The position numbers and the translations under genes are program-made. A DNA stretch of 64,000 bases from Rhizophagus irregularis (lineage: Eukaryota), in the NCBI RefSeq assembly GCF_026210795.1, contig NC_089430.1, forward strand, positions 1,178,001 through 1,242,000, in the 5' to 3' direction. Positions 1 to 14,600 of the stretch are shown here, piece after piece. The notes beneath the pieces were generated by a model, which worked only from the letters and a program-made list of their open reading frames with translations, was not told the origin of the DNA and did no database searches. Every line of letters starts with the position of its first letter. Position 1 is the stretch's first letter.

Positions 1-320
1 CCCGTATTAAGTATAGCGTTCATGTGACAAATAATGTGTAGTAACAAATAGAATTTGTCAACTGAAAAAATTCTCTGTCCTCAAAATACTTATAAAAAAC
101 AAAAAAGCAGCAGCAGGGGTAACATAGTGATAAAAAATTCGTCATATGATTTTTGTGCATTTTTGCAGGATTTGGTTATTGATTTAATCGATCACGAGTT
201 ATCATCTTTAATTAAAATTGATTTCTTGACCAAATAAATTTTGCTTAAATTGGACGATCAATTTTACCCTCACAAACCCAGCCATACTAATTGATCATAG
301 TAATATTATATTATATAATA

Positions 321-1269
321 CTAGCAGTTGCCCGTTGCTTCGCACCAGGAGTAGTAGTATTACTATATAATATTAAATTTTTAGTCACAATTAGAAGTTC
401 ACTTTGATTAATAATTAGATTATGAGAGTAATAAAATATAAATTAATTTAAATAAAATAATATGCAGGTAAATATTGTTATGTATCCATATAATTAAAAA
501 CAATCTCATCAAAAAAAAAATATTTTTATGTGAATTTATTAGTCAGGAAATAATATTGAAAAAATTAATCTCAATAAACAAAAAAGTTCTCATTACAAAA
601 TTATTAATATTGTTATGTATCTATATAATTAAAAACAAATTAACTAAAAAAAAATTTGTTGATACTAAAAAAAAATATTTTTACACGAATTTATTAGTCA
701 GAAACAATATCATTGACTAAAAAAAATCTCATCAAACATCAAAAAATTTGTAGGACATAGTTCTAATTTGATTATAGTTTTGATCCGATCTAAACTAAAA
801 AAGAATATTAATGTTCTTTTGGGTTAAAAAAAAAATTCTAAAAATTTTGATAAATTCCGATTAAAAAAAATCCAATAAAAATATAATAAAAAAAGAATAA
901 GAAAAATTTTGGTTAAAGTTAACCGAAGGGATAAAAAAATTAATAAAAAAGATTAAAAAGGTAGTTTCAGTTTTTACGGTAAAATCCGAAAAATAAAAAA
1001 TAAAAAAAAATTATTATTGTTTATCTAATAGAAATGGTTAGTTGTGGTAACTAAGAGAGTAGTAATAACCGTACTTTTTTTTGTTAGTATTAATTTATTA
1101 GAATAAAAAAAAAATCCAATTAAAATTTTAATTAACCGGAAATGTATCAGTTTAAAGATTTTCTTAAACGAAATAGATCGGGCGCAAGAATATCACACTT
1201 TTCAATGTTACACAATTCAAATTATTTATATGGGTAATCTAAATATGACAATTTTTTTAATTAGATAGA
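321..1269 (-). mobile_element. Putative non-autonomous Helitron
   Basis: On the minus strand the 3' end is a GC-rich imperfect hairpin followed by CTAG|T (plus strand a|ctagcagttgcccgttgcttcgcacc at 320-346). A candidate 5' end A|TCTATCTAATTAAAA lies at 1269. The interior is AT-rich and non-coding. Confidence 0.55.
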
Positions 1270-4200
1270 TGATGAATAAATATGAATTAGTTTTTTTATG
1301 CGAAAAATTATTATTAAAATGTTAGACAATCGAATATCCTTTTTTTGTTTGATTGAACGACGAAATTGATTAAGAAATCAATTGCACATTGTCAATCAAG
1401 ATTAATCAATTTTTGATTGATCATTCATCTGCAAGATTGATCAATTCATTAAGGATTATTTTTGAGTTAATTAAATACCTAATCCGCAGTCTTTAGTATC
1501 AGTTATTGCTTATCCCACAAATTTTAACAAAAAAAAATATAAATATAAATAACTAGTTGATTGAATGGTCACCCTTACATGACTCTTAATTTAACCCAAA
1601 TTATCAAGTAATTTTTGACTATTTAATAGAAGTTCAAAAATTATAAAACATAAATAAAATTTTAAAAAGTAATAATTTCATGTCACTATTACATGATTAG
1701 TTAAATATTTGATTGGATAATTTTGGTTATATGATTAATTATTATAATTTAATAGTAACTGAAATATTTTTTTCTTATAGACTCTTGTGCAATCATTTAA
1801 CTTTATCTTTTCTTTATTTTCTTCAATAATATACAATTGTTTTTTTAAATACAAATATATTATTTAACTGATTTAAAAAGTTTTACATGAACTTTGTTTT
1901 ATTGAAAAAAATTGAAAACATAAAAAACTCTATGTTAATATTATGCAATATAAAGCCAATCAAACTCATAGTTATTACATCACAGATCACAGTCCAAGCT
2001 TTTCTTAAAGTGTTACAGGATGGTTCATGATTGAATCATTTTGAAAAACACAAAAACTGTTGCATATAACTATAAAATTTTTCTTTAATTTTTATTATTA
2101 TTCAGATTATAATTAGTGATTGGTGATAATTAATATTTAAATATGTAGATTACAAATAAAATTACATTATATAATTTAAAAAATTATGGTAATAAAATAA
2201 GGTTTATTCTGTATGATCACCACTTTAGATGTAACTGATCATTTCTAAGTTGGTTTTTAACAAAAAAAAAAAGTGATATTCAAAATTATTCGAAGTATAT
2301 AACTAGATGAGGAATCTTATCCAAGTCCTGCTTCAATTGAATTAAACGATTTACCCATTAATATAATTATCGAAAATAATAATGAAATTAATGTTGAAAA
2401 TGAAATTGTTTGACTCAAACTTCTTTCAAATAATTTTTAACATAATGAACGTTTAAAATAGTTAATATACACTATAAATCTAAATTTAAGCTATTATTAT
2501 TGTATCATTCTTTATTTATGATAAATTAATCTAAGATATATATTTTTAATGTTAAAGAATAAAAAGTATTAATTATGTTATATGGATTCATGTACGTTCG
2601 TTTTAACATTTTAATTTAAAGTCATAATAAGGTCGGGAGTGTCGTATATTGGTGTGGGTTTAAATGTTTAACACGAAATAATAAATTTTTATCAAAAAAT
2701 TTCTTGAAGCGTAAAAAGTACAAAAAAGATTATTTATTACTGTATTACTTCAATTACTAGGACAAAATTAATTAATTACTCATTTAATTAATTACTCTAT
2801 TAATTAACTGGCTAAGCAATTCTTATTTATTTGTTTGCAACGTGTCATAAACTATAAAATATTTTTATATTTTATCTTGGTAAATTCAAATAAAGAATAT
2901 TTAAATTATTGATTAAAAATACTTAAAATACTTAAAAGTTTTTAATATTCGTATCTTTAAATATAGATTGGGTCTGGTTATCATTATACTACTTGTTATA
3001 GGCTCCAAAACAAACATGGCATGAATCACAGACCCACATTATTATTAAAAAGTGGCCTAGAAGAGAAATTTCTTACACATTTGACGTGAGTTAGTTGTAC
3101 AGTATTTACATTTCATGTCTCCAATTTATTATGTTATTCGTTTAAACAATGACATAAAAGTTTCGCATCAGCAAATTTTAACTTCCCTATTTGTGCTATA
3201 TAAATTTGGTACGGCTTATAGTCATAAAGGATACCTAATGTTAACTTATAATTTGAAAGTAAATTTCATCAATTAGAACAGATTCAAATTAACGTATACT
3301 TTCATAAGAACCCAATCTTAAGTTTGGCATTCAAGTTAAATAATAAAAATTTATTAAGTATAAATTAGTTAATGGGCAGACAGGCAGACATGAAATCTTG
3401 TTATTAGTAGCACGTATTTAGATTCCGCATTAACTCTTTATATAAAATACTTTTTCTAAGGGGTTCTCAAGCGACTCCTCAATGGGATAACATAGTGATA
3501 CTCAATCATTACGACCAATTTAAATAAAGATCACGATTATATTTTGAGCAAACACTCTTCGCTTACTTAATTATCATATTGTCCTTCAAAGAGTCGTAAT
3601 AAATAAAGAAAACTATGCAACAAGCAAAAGAAATATCTCCAGCGGTAATTCAAAATGCTCTCTTTGTAGATTACACAAACCTTCAAATGTTGATGAGTCT
3701 CCGACTGTGTAACAATAAATTAGGCAAGAATAATGCGAAAATGTGCCGGAGTTTATCTGTTAGGTATGGGAAGATTTCTATCCAGAATTCTGGTGATGTC
3801 TCTTTTTTCATATTTTCAAATTTTTGGACGAGATGGTTATGATCCATATGACTTACTTGGTTGCTTGTAGTGCTTGAATTATCCCATCAATGATAATTGA
3901 TAAATTTTAGCCAATCAGCGTAACCCTATGGAAAAAAGATGTTTTAGACCTCCAGTTTTATTTATCGGAATTGAAACTCATTTAATCTTTCATGACCGAT
4001 ATTCCTGTAATTAAATTGAAAAGAAACGACATACAGAAAAATTTTAAGATTATCCTTTACGGTAAATTTAGTTTGTTTAGTCTTCAAAATAAATTTTCGA
4101 AAATATTCAATCACGAGAATTTATATTATGGTGGAGAAAAATTTTGTTTACCGTAAAAAGAATAAGTTTTTCAGACGATTTTACTTTCCTGAATATATTT

Positions 4201-4476
4201 TATTTTTATTTTTTTTTAGCTTTATTTAAATTCTAAATACGATTTTTTTGGTAAATATGAAAAAGTAAGTTTATCTATTTTATTGTCGCTGTATTGCTGA
4301 AGCTATTCTTTTTAATTTAACAAGATTATTCTAATGAATAAATATACATATATATAATCAATTGATTAGAATATAACATCAATAGAACATAGTAATTTTC
4401 TAAGCTTTATTAATAATTATATTTTAATTAAAATGAGTAGTAGTAATTCAAAAAAAACTCATCGCTATTAATTTTC

Positions 4477-5945
4477 CTATACAATTTGAAACACTTCACA
4501 TTCTTCTATATTAAAGAAATTATCAGTTCTAATCGATTTTTCATAATATTTTTTTGTACTAGAACAACATATATAATCCCATATAATAAGATCACCTCCA
4601 CCAAATGATGGACCAGATAAAGACCAATTATATATAGCAAATTTTTCATTCACTACGCGGCTTAAAACATAATTGTCAATTCTATCATTGGTAAAAGAAA
4701 ATATAAAACTATCTTTAGTAGTTTCATAATATCCATCAGATCGATATTCAATTGGATTATACCCTCCAAGAATTTCGTTACTATCTTTCACTTTAATAAT
4801 TGTTACTGTGCGAGGTTTATTATCGCAAATTAAATGAAATTTATTTGCTGAATGTCCGTCACGAGATGCGCGAAATAATAATTTAAATTTATACGAAGAA
4901 GCCAACTTGTCCGTGATTTCTAATCTATCGATCCATTTTGAGATTAATTCAATATGTTGATAAGTTATAATTTCTGAATCAATAGTTCTCTCATTTTCAT
5001 CATATTCCGATTTATCAACTGGTTTGCTATTAGGATCTGAAAGACTTAAAAAAGCTTTTAATAAATCTTTATATAAATTTTTGGGAAATATTTTTTCATA
5101 AGGTAATACTTTTTCTAAAAATTCTTTAGAAGTTAACTTATAAAATTTAATAAATGGAATACATCCTTGTAAAGTATTCTTTAAACTTTTGAAATCATTT
5201 TTTGAAAAGTTTGTAAGATCAGAGGGAAGGTCGAGATTTTGAGCAAGTCCCCATTCAAGAACATATTCCCAAATTTGAATTTCACTTATTTGACGATTAT
5301 CACTTTGAATAATTGTAACTAAAAGTTTTTCTGGGATTGAAGAAAAATTTAAAGAATTAAATATCTTATCTGGTCCTTTAGAAATTAAATCAGTACAATA
5401 TTTTTGAAGTTCCAAGAAAGAATCATTCTCATAGCTTGTTTGATATATCAAATTAAAATTTTGTTCCATCCAATTTGTTTTATTTTCAATCAAATAAAAT
5501 TGTAGATATGTGATTAATTCTTGAAGATTAAGTTCGCTAGCAGCAACTAAAACTTTAATTAAGTCTAAAGTATCATATTCGTTCAAAGAAAGTTTTCCAC
5601 CGTATATATACCTGAAATAAAGAAAATATTCTTAAATTAAAATATTATTAAAATAAAATTTATTTAATCGTCTTTAAAAATTAATTACCTTAAAATTATT
5701 TGAAAAATTTCTGGTAAAATGTTTGATAATTTAATATGTGCCAAAGTACCATCATTTTTCTTTTTATTAGTTGACAAAATTCTTCGCAAGTAAGGAGAAC
5801 GATAATGTAAAATAACCATGTGAGCACGAAAGACTTTTACGTAAGGGTCATTACCAACTTCAATAGTAATATCATAATATTCTTCATCATTTAATATTTG
5901 GAGTAAATTTTGTGATAATTTTGGTAAAAGTTTATTATCATCCAT
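4477..5945 (-). CDS. BTB/POZ-BACK-TLDc domain protein (2 exons: 5945-5689, 5611-4477; about 463 aa)
   Basis: BTB motif YDITIEVGNDPYVKVFRAHMVILHYRSPYL. The GT..AG intron 5688-5612 joins ILR|YIYGGKLSL in frame. A BACK-like middle is followed by TLDc motifs (LLFRASRDG..FHLICDNK, ILGGYNP, SFIFSF, GPSFG, EVF). Confidence 0.92.
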
Positions 5946-7207
5946 TTTTTATAAATTTTTTAACGTTAGCGAAAAGAAAAAGTATTAATCCAAATACGTA
6001 AATGTTAGACCTTATATAATTTTCATTGTACTCTGTGCAACATAACATTATATTATGGACTAAAAATAAATATGGTTAAACCTGCTGCATCTTCGTGTAA
6101 TTCATGTGTAACAAAGAATATATATTTATCTCGTTACTGCGTATGAATAAATTTTTGGTTTATTGCGTTTAAGCGTTAAAATAATGAAAATCATAAAGAG
6201 TATAAAAAAGATAATTGTAACATGTTCAAGATATTTATAAGTTTCAGTGCAGTAATAACTAACTAATAAGTTTATAGTATTACTAATAATACAAATTGAA
6301 ATAATATGACATAAAATTTGGTATTATCCTTCGCCCATAAGTGTCGACAAATAAAGAATTTTTTGATAGTATCGAGTAAAATCTTTTTGAATAAAATACA
6401 AAATAATCAATACGGAATTAATGAAAAAAATTTCAGAAATAATTTTACATTAAATTTATTTAAATTGATTTTTAAGTAACCAATCAATTCTTTTGGCAAG
6501 TTCGTAATTTTTTGAAATATCGTAAATATTATGTAACGTGAATATTCTTTAAATAAAGTAAACGAGTTTTAAATCCAAAATTAGATTTTTAGGTAGTAGT
6601 GGTAATTGTACATCCTCCGTCTAAGGAAAAAAAAAATACAAGAGAATTTTCTTATTTCCACGAGATTATAAAATTTCATTTTTTATTTTATTCGTATCGA
6701 CTAATTTTGAAACCGTAATAATTAAATTTACGCATCATTATTTATAGAAAATATAATAAATTATAAATCTAAAAAATTCAGTGGGAAAATTTTATAATAA
6801 TCATGTGTTTATTCATAAAATTTTTCTATCTGGCGTTATATAAAAAATGTATATCATTTAATTAGACAATGTTAAAATGTCTCAAGATTTTAATAACCAA
6901 GTTAGTATACTACTTTTTGATTGTAACAGTATTTCAAACGACCGGACTATTATATATTAATTTAAATTTGCTTCTACAATATTTTGGACTATAAATTTAT
7001 AATGGATTAATGTATATTTTTGATACAAGTTCCAATAATTTCATTTATTAACGTTATGAACCAACAAATTGGTTTAATCCATTCTATATACATAAGAATC
7101 AGGAGAACAAAAATGGAAGACTTTAAAAAGGTATTTTAAAATTCTAAAGCAGCTCATTGTTTTACATTACTTTGTATTCGATCGATGATAAAATTACGTT
7201 ACCGTAC

Positions 7208-7587
7208 TAGAGGTTGGAACCGACCAAAAAAACCTTAATCGATTAATAATCGATTAACTAAGGGCCCTAATCGATTAATAATCGATTAATATTAAAATAT
7301 TAACAATTTTTTTTTTTGACCGCAGATTGCACCAAATTGTTTTTGATCATACATTTAGTTATAGGAAAGTCTTATTTATTATTATTATCATTAAAAAATT
7401 AATACAAATTCTTCCAAGTTCGGAGAACACGTGACCAAAAATTCACAGCTCTGGGCCGCATTAGATAATTTGACCAGAATTATGGGATGATAATTTTAAT
7501 CGATTAACCGATTTTTGAGATACCTTAATCGATTAACAGTCTTAGTCGATTAATCAATCGATTAACCTTAATCGATTCCAAACTCTA
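7208..7587. mobile_element. hAT-like MITE (380 bp)
   Basis: TIRs TAGAGGTTGGAACCGA / TAGAGTTTGGAATCGA, perfect 8-bp TSD TACCGTAC (7200-7207, 7588-7595), and subterminal AATCGATTAA repeats. Confidence 0.88.
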
Positions 7588-8962
7588 TACCGTACACGTT
7601 ATAATAGTTTTTAATGTAAATGTGCCATAATTCAGGTCATTGAATCACTTTGAGATTTTTGATGATAATAACAATAACATATAGAAATTGAAAAATTTGA
7701 GAATTATTACTTACCACAATTACAATGAGCATAGCATTTGTAGCAATTTTCACAAGCTTCTTTATTACTTATGGCGCCTTCACCAAATCTCGCGATACAG
7801 TGACAGCTATCCCCATACGTTTTGCCAGTACTTCCACAGCAATAGCAGCCTAATAATAAATAATAATAAATAAATTTTAATTAGTTTATAGTCTACGCAT
7901 AGGAGAATATTAGGCAAGTTATATCTCATATCAAAATCTCAAGTGATTCAACGACCAATTTTACTCACACATTATTAACATCTACGATTTGTAGAAGGAA
8001 GGAGAATACTGCCGCTTTAAATATTATTTTCAAATGATTATTACGATCATTTAAAATGAAAATGATCTGCTAAAGGCGTTAAGTCTTATGTCATGATTTT
8101 CATTTGAATATCAAAGCCACATTCCTTTAGCGGTTAATCCACTCTTGAAAATCCTCACAAGCATGTGTGTTCTTTGTCTCATTTCTATTCATATAATCAC
8201 AATTTAAATAATATTATCTAATCTTTACTAACAGTAAATGCCCGATATAATGAACTTTTTTTTGGAAAGTTATGGGAGTCCAATTGAAAAAAATCTGGAC
8301 TATTGGGCTTGGACTAATTGGAGATAGTCCATTCCAAGTCCGATTGAATTCTTATAGTTCCAGTACTTTTGAGTTAATTCATTAATATTATTAATCCAAC
8401 AATTTTATTTCAAGCTTGATAATTTTTGTAAATAAAAATAATTAGTTAATTATTTTGATTCTTCTAAATCTTCAAACTAAATTGTTATATATGACTATTT
8501 AGAATAACTAGTAATAGTATGTGACAATTTATCCAATAAAATTTGGATTTGTACTTATCAAAGTCCAATAGTTCAATTATCCAATTGTTCAATTGTCCAT
8601 TGGCCCAAAAAGTCATCATTACAACTTTCTAATTAACTGAATTTAATCAAGAGTGATCGTTACCGACGAATAATTAATTCAACAAATTATATTTTAAAAT
8701 TATATTTTAAGGATTTTTTTAATGTTGGATTTAAGAATTTCTATGAATTCTTCTTTGACATAATTATATTGTTCTTTTTTAGATTTATTTTTTCTACCTT
8801 CAATCAAATTTTTACGTGAATAATAAATAATCTATCTTAAAGTTTCGTTATTACCGTAATTGTAGAAAAACTAAAAACGTGATAGCTAATTAATGAATTC
8901 GAAAATACAAACTGTTTAAAACAGTTTGTTCTCTTGATAATTAATAATTTTACAGGAAACTA

Positions 8963-10117
8963 GTGTACTTTTGGATATAGTGAGTGAGTTTATTTTTGAA
9001 AGTATACTAATAAATTAATAAAAGATTTTTTTATAACAATAGATTGTGTTAGTGAGATTTATAAAAAAATTCAATGAGATTTTTTTTTAATAACAATAAT
9101 AGATTGGTATCATAGTACAATGGATGGTATAGTACAATGGATTGATTTAATAAAATTTTTTGTGTTTTATTTTAATAACAATAGATTGGTAACAATAAAA
9201 AATGTTGCAAAAACATTAATAATGAATTGGCAAATCATATTGGTTTTCAATAATTACTAGTCGCAGTAATAATTGTCTATTACCAATCTATTGTTATTAA
9301 AAAAAAGTCACCAAAAATTTTATCATACCTATTGTTGTTAAAATAAATCCCAAGAAATTTTATACCTAGTATCTTTTGTACTATACCAATTAATTTGTCA
9401 TAAAAAATTCCAGAAACTGATCTATTGTATTAATAAAAAATCTTAGAAAATTCTTTATATCTATCCATTATAAGTTATAACATACCAATCTGTTGTTATC
9501 AAAAAATTTTTTATATTGATCTAATGACTCTATTGTTAAAAAAAAAGTTCAGAAAATATATTTATATCAATCTATTATTAAAAAAAAAATTCAGAAAATT
9601 TTTTTATATCTATTCATTGAACTATACCAATCTATTGTTAAAAAAATCTCAAATTTTTTTTATATATCTTAATCTATTTTATAAAAGTTTATTAAGTTAT
9701 CTATTACCTATTAGTAGTATTAGTATTACTGGAAAAAATTTTACTAAAAAACAATTATTAACTTAATAAGTTAATGATTGTTATTACCAATTTATTGTTA
9801 TTAAAAAAATCACAAAAATCTTATTAAATAAATCTATTGTACTATGATACCAATCTATTGTTTAATATTAAAAAAAAATCACTAAAAATGTTATCATACC
9901 CATTGTTATTAAAATAAATCCCAGAAAATTTTATTATATCTATCTATTGTACTATACCATTATATTATTAAAAAAAAAATCCTAGAAAATTTTTTTATAC
10001 CAAACTATTATTAAAAAAAAGTCTCATTAAATTTTTTTATAAATCTCACTAAACACAATCTATTGTTTATAAAAAAATCTTTTATTAATTTATTAGTATA
10101 CTTTTACAAAAGTACAC
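8963..10117. mobile_element. Foldback-type non-autonomous TIR element
   Basis: TA|GTGTACTTTTG ... CAAAAGTACAC|TA termini, an inverted repeat of about 90 bp (about 8998-9088 vs 10014-10105), and internal degenerate AATCTATTGTTA repeats. Confidence 0.65.
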
Positions 10118-10126
10118 TATTTTTTT

Positions 10127-11145
10127 TTGATTTTTAGCTAACAAAAACGTCAAGTCTGACGTTCTTAGCTAATAAAAATCATTTTTCCTTGATTTTTAAT
10201 AACAAAAACGTCAAGTCTGACGTTTTTAGCTAATAAAAATCATTTTCCCTTGATTTTTAATAACAAAAACGTCAAGTCTGACGTTTTTAGCTAATAAAAA
10301 TAATTTTCCTTGATTTTAATAACAAAAACGTCAAGTCTGACGTTTTTAGCTTATAAAAATTATTTTCCTTGATTTTTAATAACAAAAACGTCAAGTCATA
10401 CGTTTTCAGCTAATAAAAATCATTTTTCCTTGATTTTTAATAACAAAAATGTCAAGTCTGACGTTTTTAGCTAATAAAAATCATTTTTCCTTGATTTTAA
10501 TAACAAAAACGTCAAGTCTGACGTTTTTAGCTAATAAAAATCATTTTTCCTCGATTTTTAATAACAAAAACGTCAAGTCTGACATTCTTAGCTAATAAAA
10601 ATCATTTTTCCTCGATTTTTAATAACAAAAACGTTAAGTCTGATGTTCTTAGCTAATAAAAATCAAATTTTCTTGATTTTTAATAACAAAAACGTTAAGT
10701 CTGACGTTCTTAGCTAATAAAAATCATTTTCCTTGATTTTTAATAACAAAAACGTCAAGTCTGACGTTTTTAGCTAATAAAAGTCATTTTCCTTGATTTT
10801 TAATAACAAAAACGTCAAGTCTGACGTTTTTAGCTAATAAAAATTGATTTTAATTACAAAATCATCAGACTTTTGATTAAAAAAAATCATTTTTTTTTTG
10901 ATTTTTTAATCACAAAAACGTCAAGTCTGACGTTTTTGATTAAAAAAATCATTTTTTTTGATTTTTTTTGTATTTTTTTTTGATTTTTTAATCACAGAAA
11001 CGTCAGGTTGATTAAAAAAATCAATTATTTTTGATTTTTCAATCACAAAAATGTTAAGTCTGACGTTTTGATTAAAAAAAAATCAATTTTTTTTTGATTT
11101 TTCAATTACAAAAACGTCAAATTTTTGACGTTTTTGATTAAAAAA
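10127..11145. repeat. Tandem repeat with a unit of about 60 bp (about 12 clean copies to about 10850, then degenerate)
   Basis: Unit TAATAACAAAAACGTCAAGTCTGACGTTTTTAGCTAATAAAAATCATTTTTCCTTGATTTT, with an internal inverted repeat AAAAACGTCA-AGTC-TGACGTTTTT. Confidence 0.93.
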
Positions 11146-11272
11146 AAAAATTTTTTTTTTCACATTTTAATAAAAAATGATACTATTTCATGATCTGTCA
11201 AGTTAACATTCTTTTTGAGCAGCACAGTTAAACTCAGCGCAAAAAGTTTCCATAGTGAATGTTCACTTTCTC

Positions 11273-11326
11273 TGTACATGTTCATGTTCATGTTCATGTT
11301 CATGTACATGTACATGTACAAGTACA
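11273..11326. repeat. Hexamer microsatellite (TGTTCA/TGTACA)n
   Basis: Directly visible. Confidence 0.85.
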
Positions 11327-11604
11327 TAATAATATAATATATTACATATTAAAAAATTCTTCTTTATGATTTTTTCTGTGCAACAATGAGGCTTGATGAT
11401 TGACAAAATTTGTTTGTTGTACATACAATGTTTGTACTTATATGATCAACGCTTTTGAGTATAATTCATTTTGCATAAATATTATTGCCAATATATTCCT
11501 ATACTAATAAAGCCATAAAGGCGTCTAATAATAAAAAAAAGAAAAAAAAAGATATTTGCATTATCTTTTCCAGTCAGAAAGAATTTTGATATAATTATAT
11601 AGTA

Positions 11605-14600
11605 ATGGCTCTTAGTAATGATAAAGGTAATAATCATATATATAATATAAACATTTAATACAATTAGAATTCTAATATTTCAAACAAATTTTTAATGTAA
11701 TAAAACTAGTTTCTGGTAATATTGAATTATTTGAAAGAAGTAGTACTAAAGAATTTGGAGGAAATGACTCTAAGGAATTCAAAGAAAGTGGCTTTAAAGA
11801 ATTTGAAAAAAGTACTACCAAGGAATTTAAAGGTATATTAAATATGCTAAAATATTAAATTTTTATTTGTAAATACATTTAAATGCTATCTATAATAATA
11901 CCTTATATAATATACAAATATAGCTCGTAAGTTAATAGGTTATCTTATAATCGAATAATAATGGAATTACTTATCATTTTTATTACATTCCATGTAATTA
12001 AATAATTCATTTAATGATTAAAATACTATAGTCAGTAAGTTATTAGTTATTTAAACTTTTAATTCTTTATTTTGTTTATTTTACATAATATTCAATAACT
12101 AAATTCTTTTTTTAATTAACTATTTAATAATTAATTGTATTACAGACGGTAAGTTACAATATCATATTTATTTGTTTAATATTTTATTATAATTCAACTA
12201 ATTATATTTTTAATTAAACAACTAGATTGTAAGTGATATATTTAATTTACAGTAAATACTTTATATTATATTTATTTTTAACTAATAATTAATTAATAAT
12301 ACTAGGGTTTAAGTTATAGATTTTTATATTTCTATTATTTATATAATTTAAACTAACTAAATTCTTTATTTATATAGATCGTAAGTTATAAGTTATTTAT
12401 TCAATTCTATTATTACTTGTTGTTATAATATTTACATATAATTTAAACTAACTAAATTCTTTATTTAAAAAATTATTTTATAGGGAGTAAGTTATTTATT
12501 TAATTCTGCCTATTATTACTTATTGTTATAATATTTACATATAACTTAAACTAACTAAATTTTTTATTTAAAAAATTATTTTAATAATATAGGGAGTAAG
12601 ATATTTATTTGTTTCTATTAATACTTCTTCCTTATAAAAAATAAATGTCCGGAAAAGATGATATAAAATTTTAGGTTAAAGCAATTATAATGATGATCAC
12701 TTGTTGATCATCTTTTTGTAACAAATTTTATGAAAAAATATTTCAGGTCAATTTCCAGACAAATTCCGGACAAAAATGAATGTCCAGAAATGAGCGTGTT
12801 TTGGATCAATTTCTGTCCAGAAAATGTCTAGAAAATGTCCAGGTACTTTTAGACAAATTTTCCAGACAATTTCTGGACAATTTCCGGACACTTATTATTT
12901 ATAGGGCCTGTTATAATATTTACATATAATTTAAACTAACTAAATTATTTATTTAATAGATAGTAAGTTATAAGTTATTTATTTAATTCCGTTATTACTT
13001 ATTGATATGACATTTACATATAATTTAAAACTAAATTCTTTATTTAAAAATTATTTAATAATTTAGAGAGTAAGTTATTTATTTAATTCTATTGTCACTT
13101 ATTGTTATAATATTTGCATATAATTTAAACTAACTAATTTCTTTATTTAAAAAATTATTTAATAATTTAGAGAGTAAGTTATTTAATTAATTCTATTATT
13201 ACTTATTATTATAATATTTGCATTAATTGCATATAATTTAAACTATTAAACTAATTTCTTGTTTAAAAATTTATTTAATAATATAGGGAGTAAGTTATTT
13301 TTTTAATTACATTATTACTTATTGTTATAATGTTTGCATATAATTTAAACTAACTAAATTCTTTGTTTAAAAATTTATTTAATAATATAGGGAGTAAGTT
13401 ATTTATTTAGTTCTATTATTATTTATTGTTATAATATTTTCATATAATTTAAACTAACTAAATTATTTGTTTAAAAATTATTTAATAATACAGGGAGTAA
13501 GTTATTTATTTATTTCTATCACTTATCATTATAATATTTGCATATAATTTAAACTAATTAAATTCTTTACTTAAAAAATTATTTATTAATATAGGAAGTA
13601 TTTATTTATTTAATTCTATTATTATTTATTGTCATAATATTTGCATATAATTTAAACTAACTAAATAAAAAATATTTAATAATATAGGGAGTAAGTTATT
13701 TAATTAATTCTATAATTACTTATTATTATAATATTTGCATATAATTAAACTAACTAAATTCTTTGTTTAAAAATTTATTTAATAATATAGGGAGTAAGTT
13801 ATTTATTTAGTTCTATTATTATTTATTGTTATAATATTTTCATATAATTTAAACTAACTAAATTATTTGTTTAAAAATTATTTAATAATATAGGGAGTAA
13901 GTTATTTATTTATTTCTATCGCTTATCGTTATAATATTTGCATATAATTTAAACTAATTAAATTCTTTACTTAAAAAATTATTTAATAATATAGGAAGTA
14001 TTTATTTGTTTAATTCTATTGTTACTTATTGCTATAATATTTATATATAATTTAAATTAACTGAATTCTTTAATTAAATAGATCGTAAGTTATAAGTTAT
14101 TTATTTAATTCTGTTATTATTTATTGTTATAATATTTGCATATAATTAAACTAACTAAAGTTTTTATTTAAAAAATTATTCAATAATATTGAGAGTAAGT
14201 TATTTATTTAATTCTATATTATTGTTATAATATTTTCATATAATTTAAACTAACTAAATTCTTAAAAAAATATTTTGTAATATAGGGAGTAATTATTTGT
14301 TTAATCTATTATTACTTATTGTTATAATATTTATACTAACTTTTTACTTATAAAAATTATTTAATAATATAGCTTGTAAGTGATTTGTTGTTACTATTGT
14401 TTATTTATTTTATAAATATTTATTTGTTAATTGAATTCTATTCATATAAATTTCCGTTAATTTAGTTAGTAAGTTGTGAATTATAAGTTATTATTATTTA
14501 CATTTATACAAAAACTAAGACATAAGACATATATTATATTTAAATTTCTATTTAAATTTTAGAGTAAGTGTTGATTTTAATCTTAAATTTTAGTGTAATT

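Noticed and set aside
3480..4000. Slightly GC-richer segment with a 75-aa ORF
   Set aside because: No motif or splice model; probably a decayed gene fragment.
10127..10850. CRISPR-like array (palindromic repeats at a regular period)
   Set aside because: The intervening sequences are near-identical rather than unique spacers, there are no cas genes, and the context is eukaryotic.
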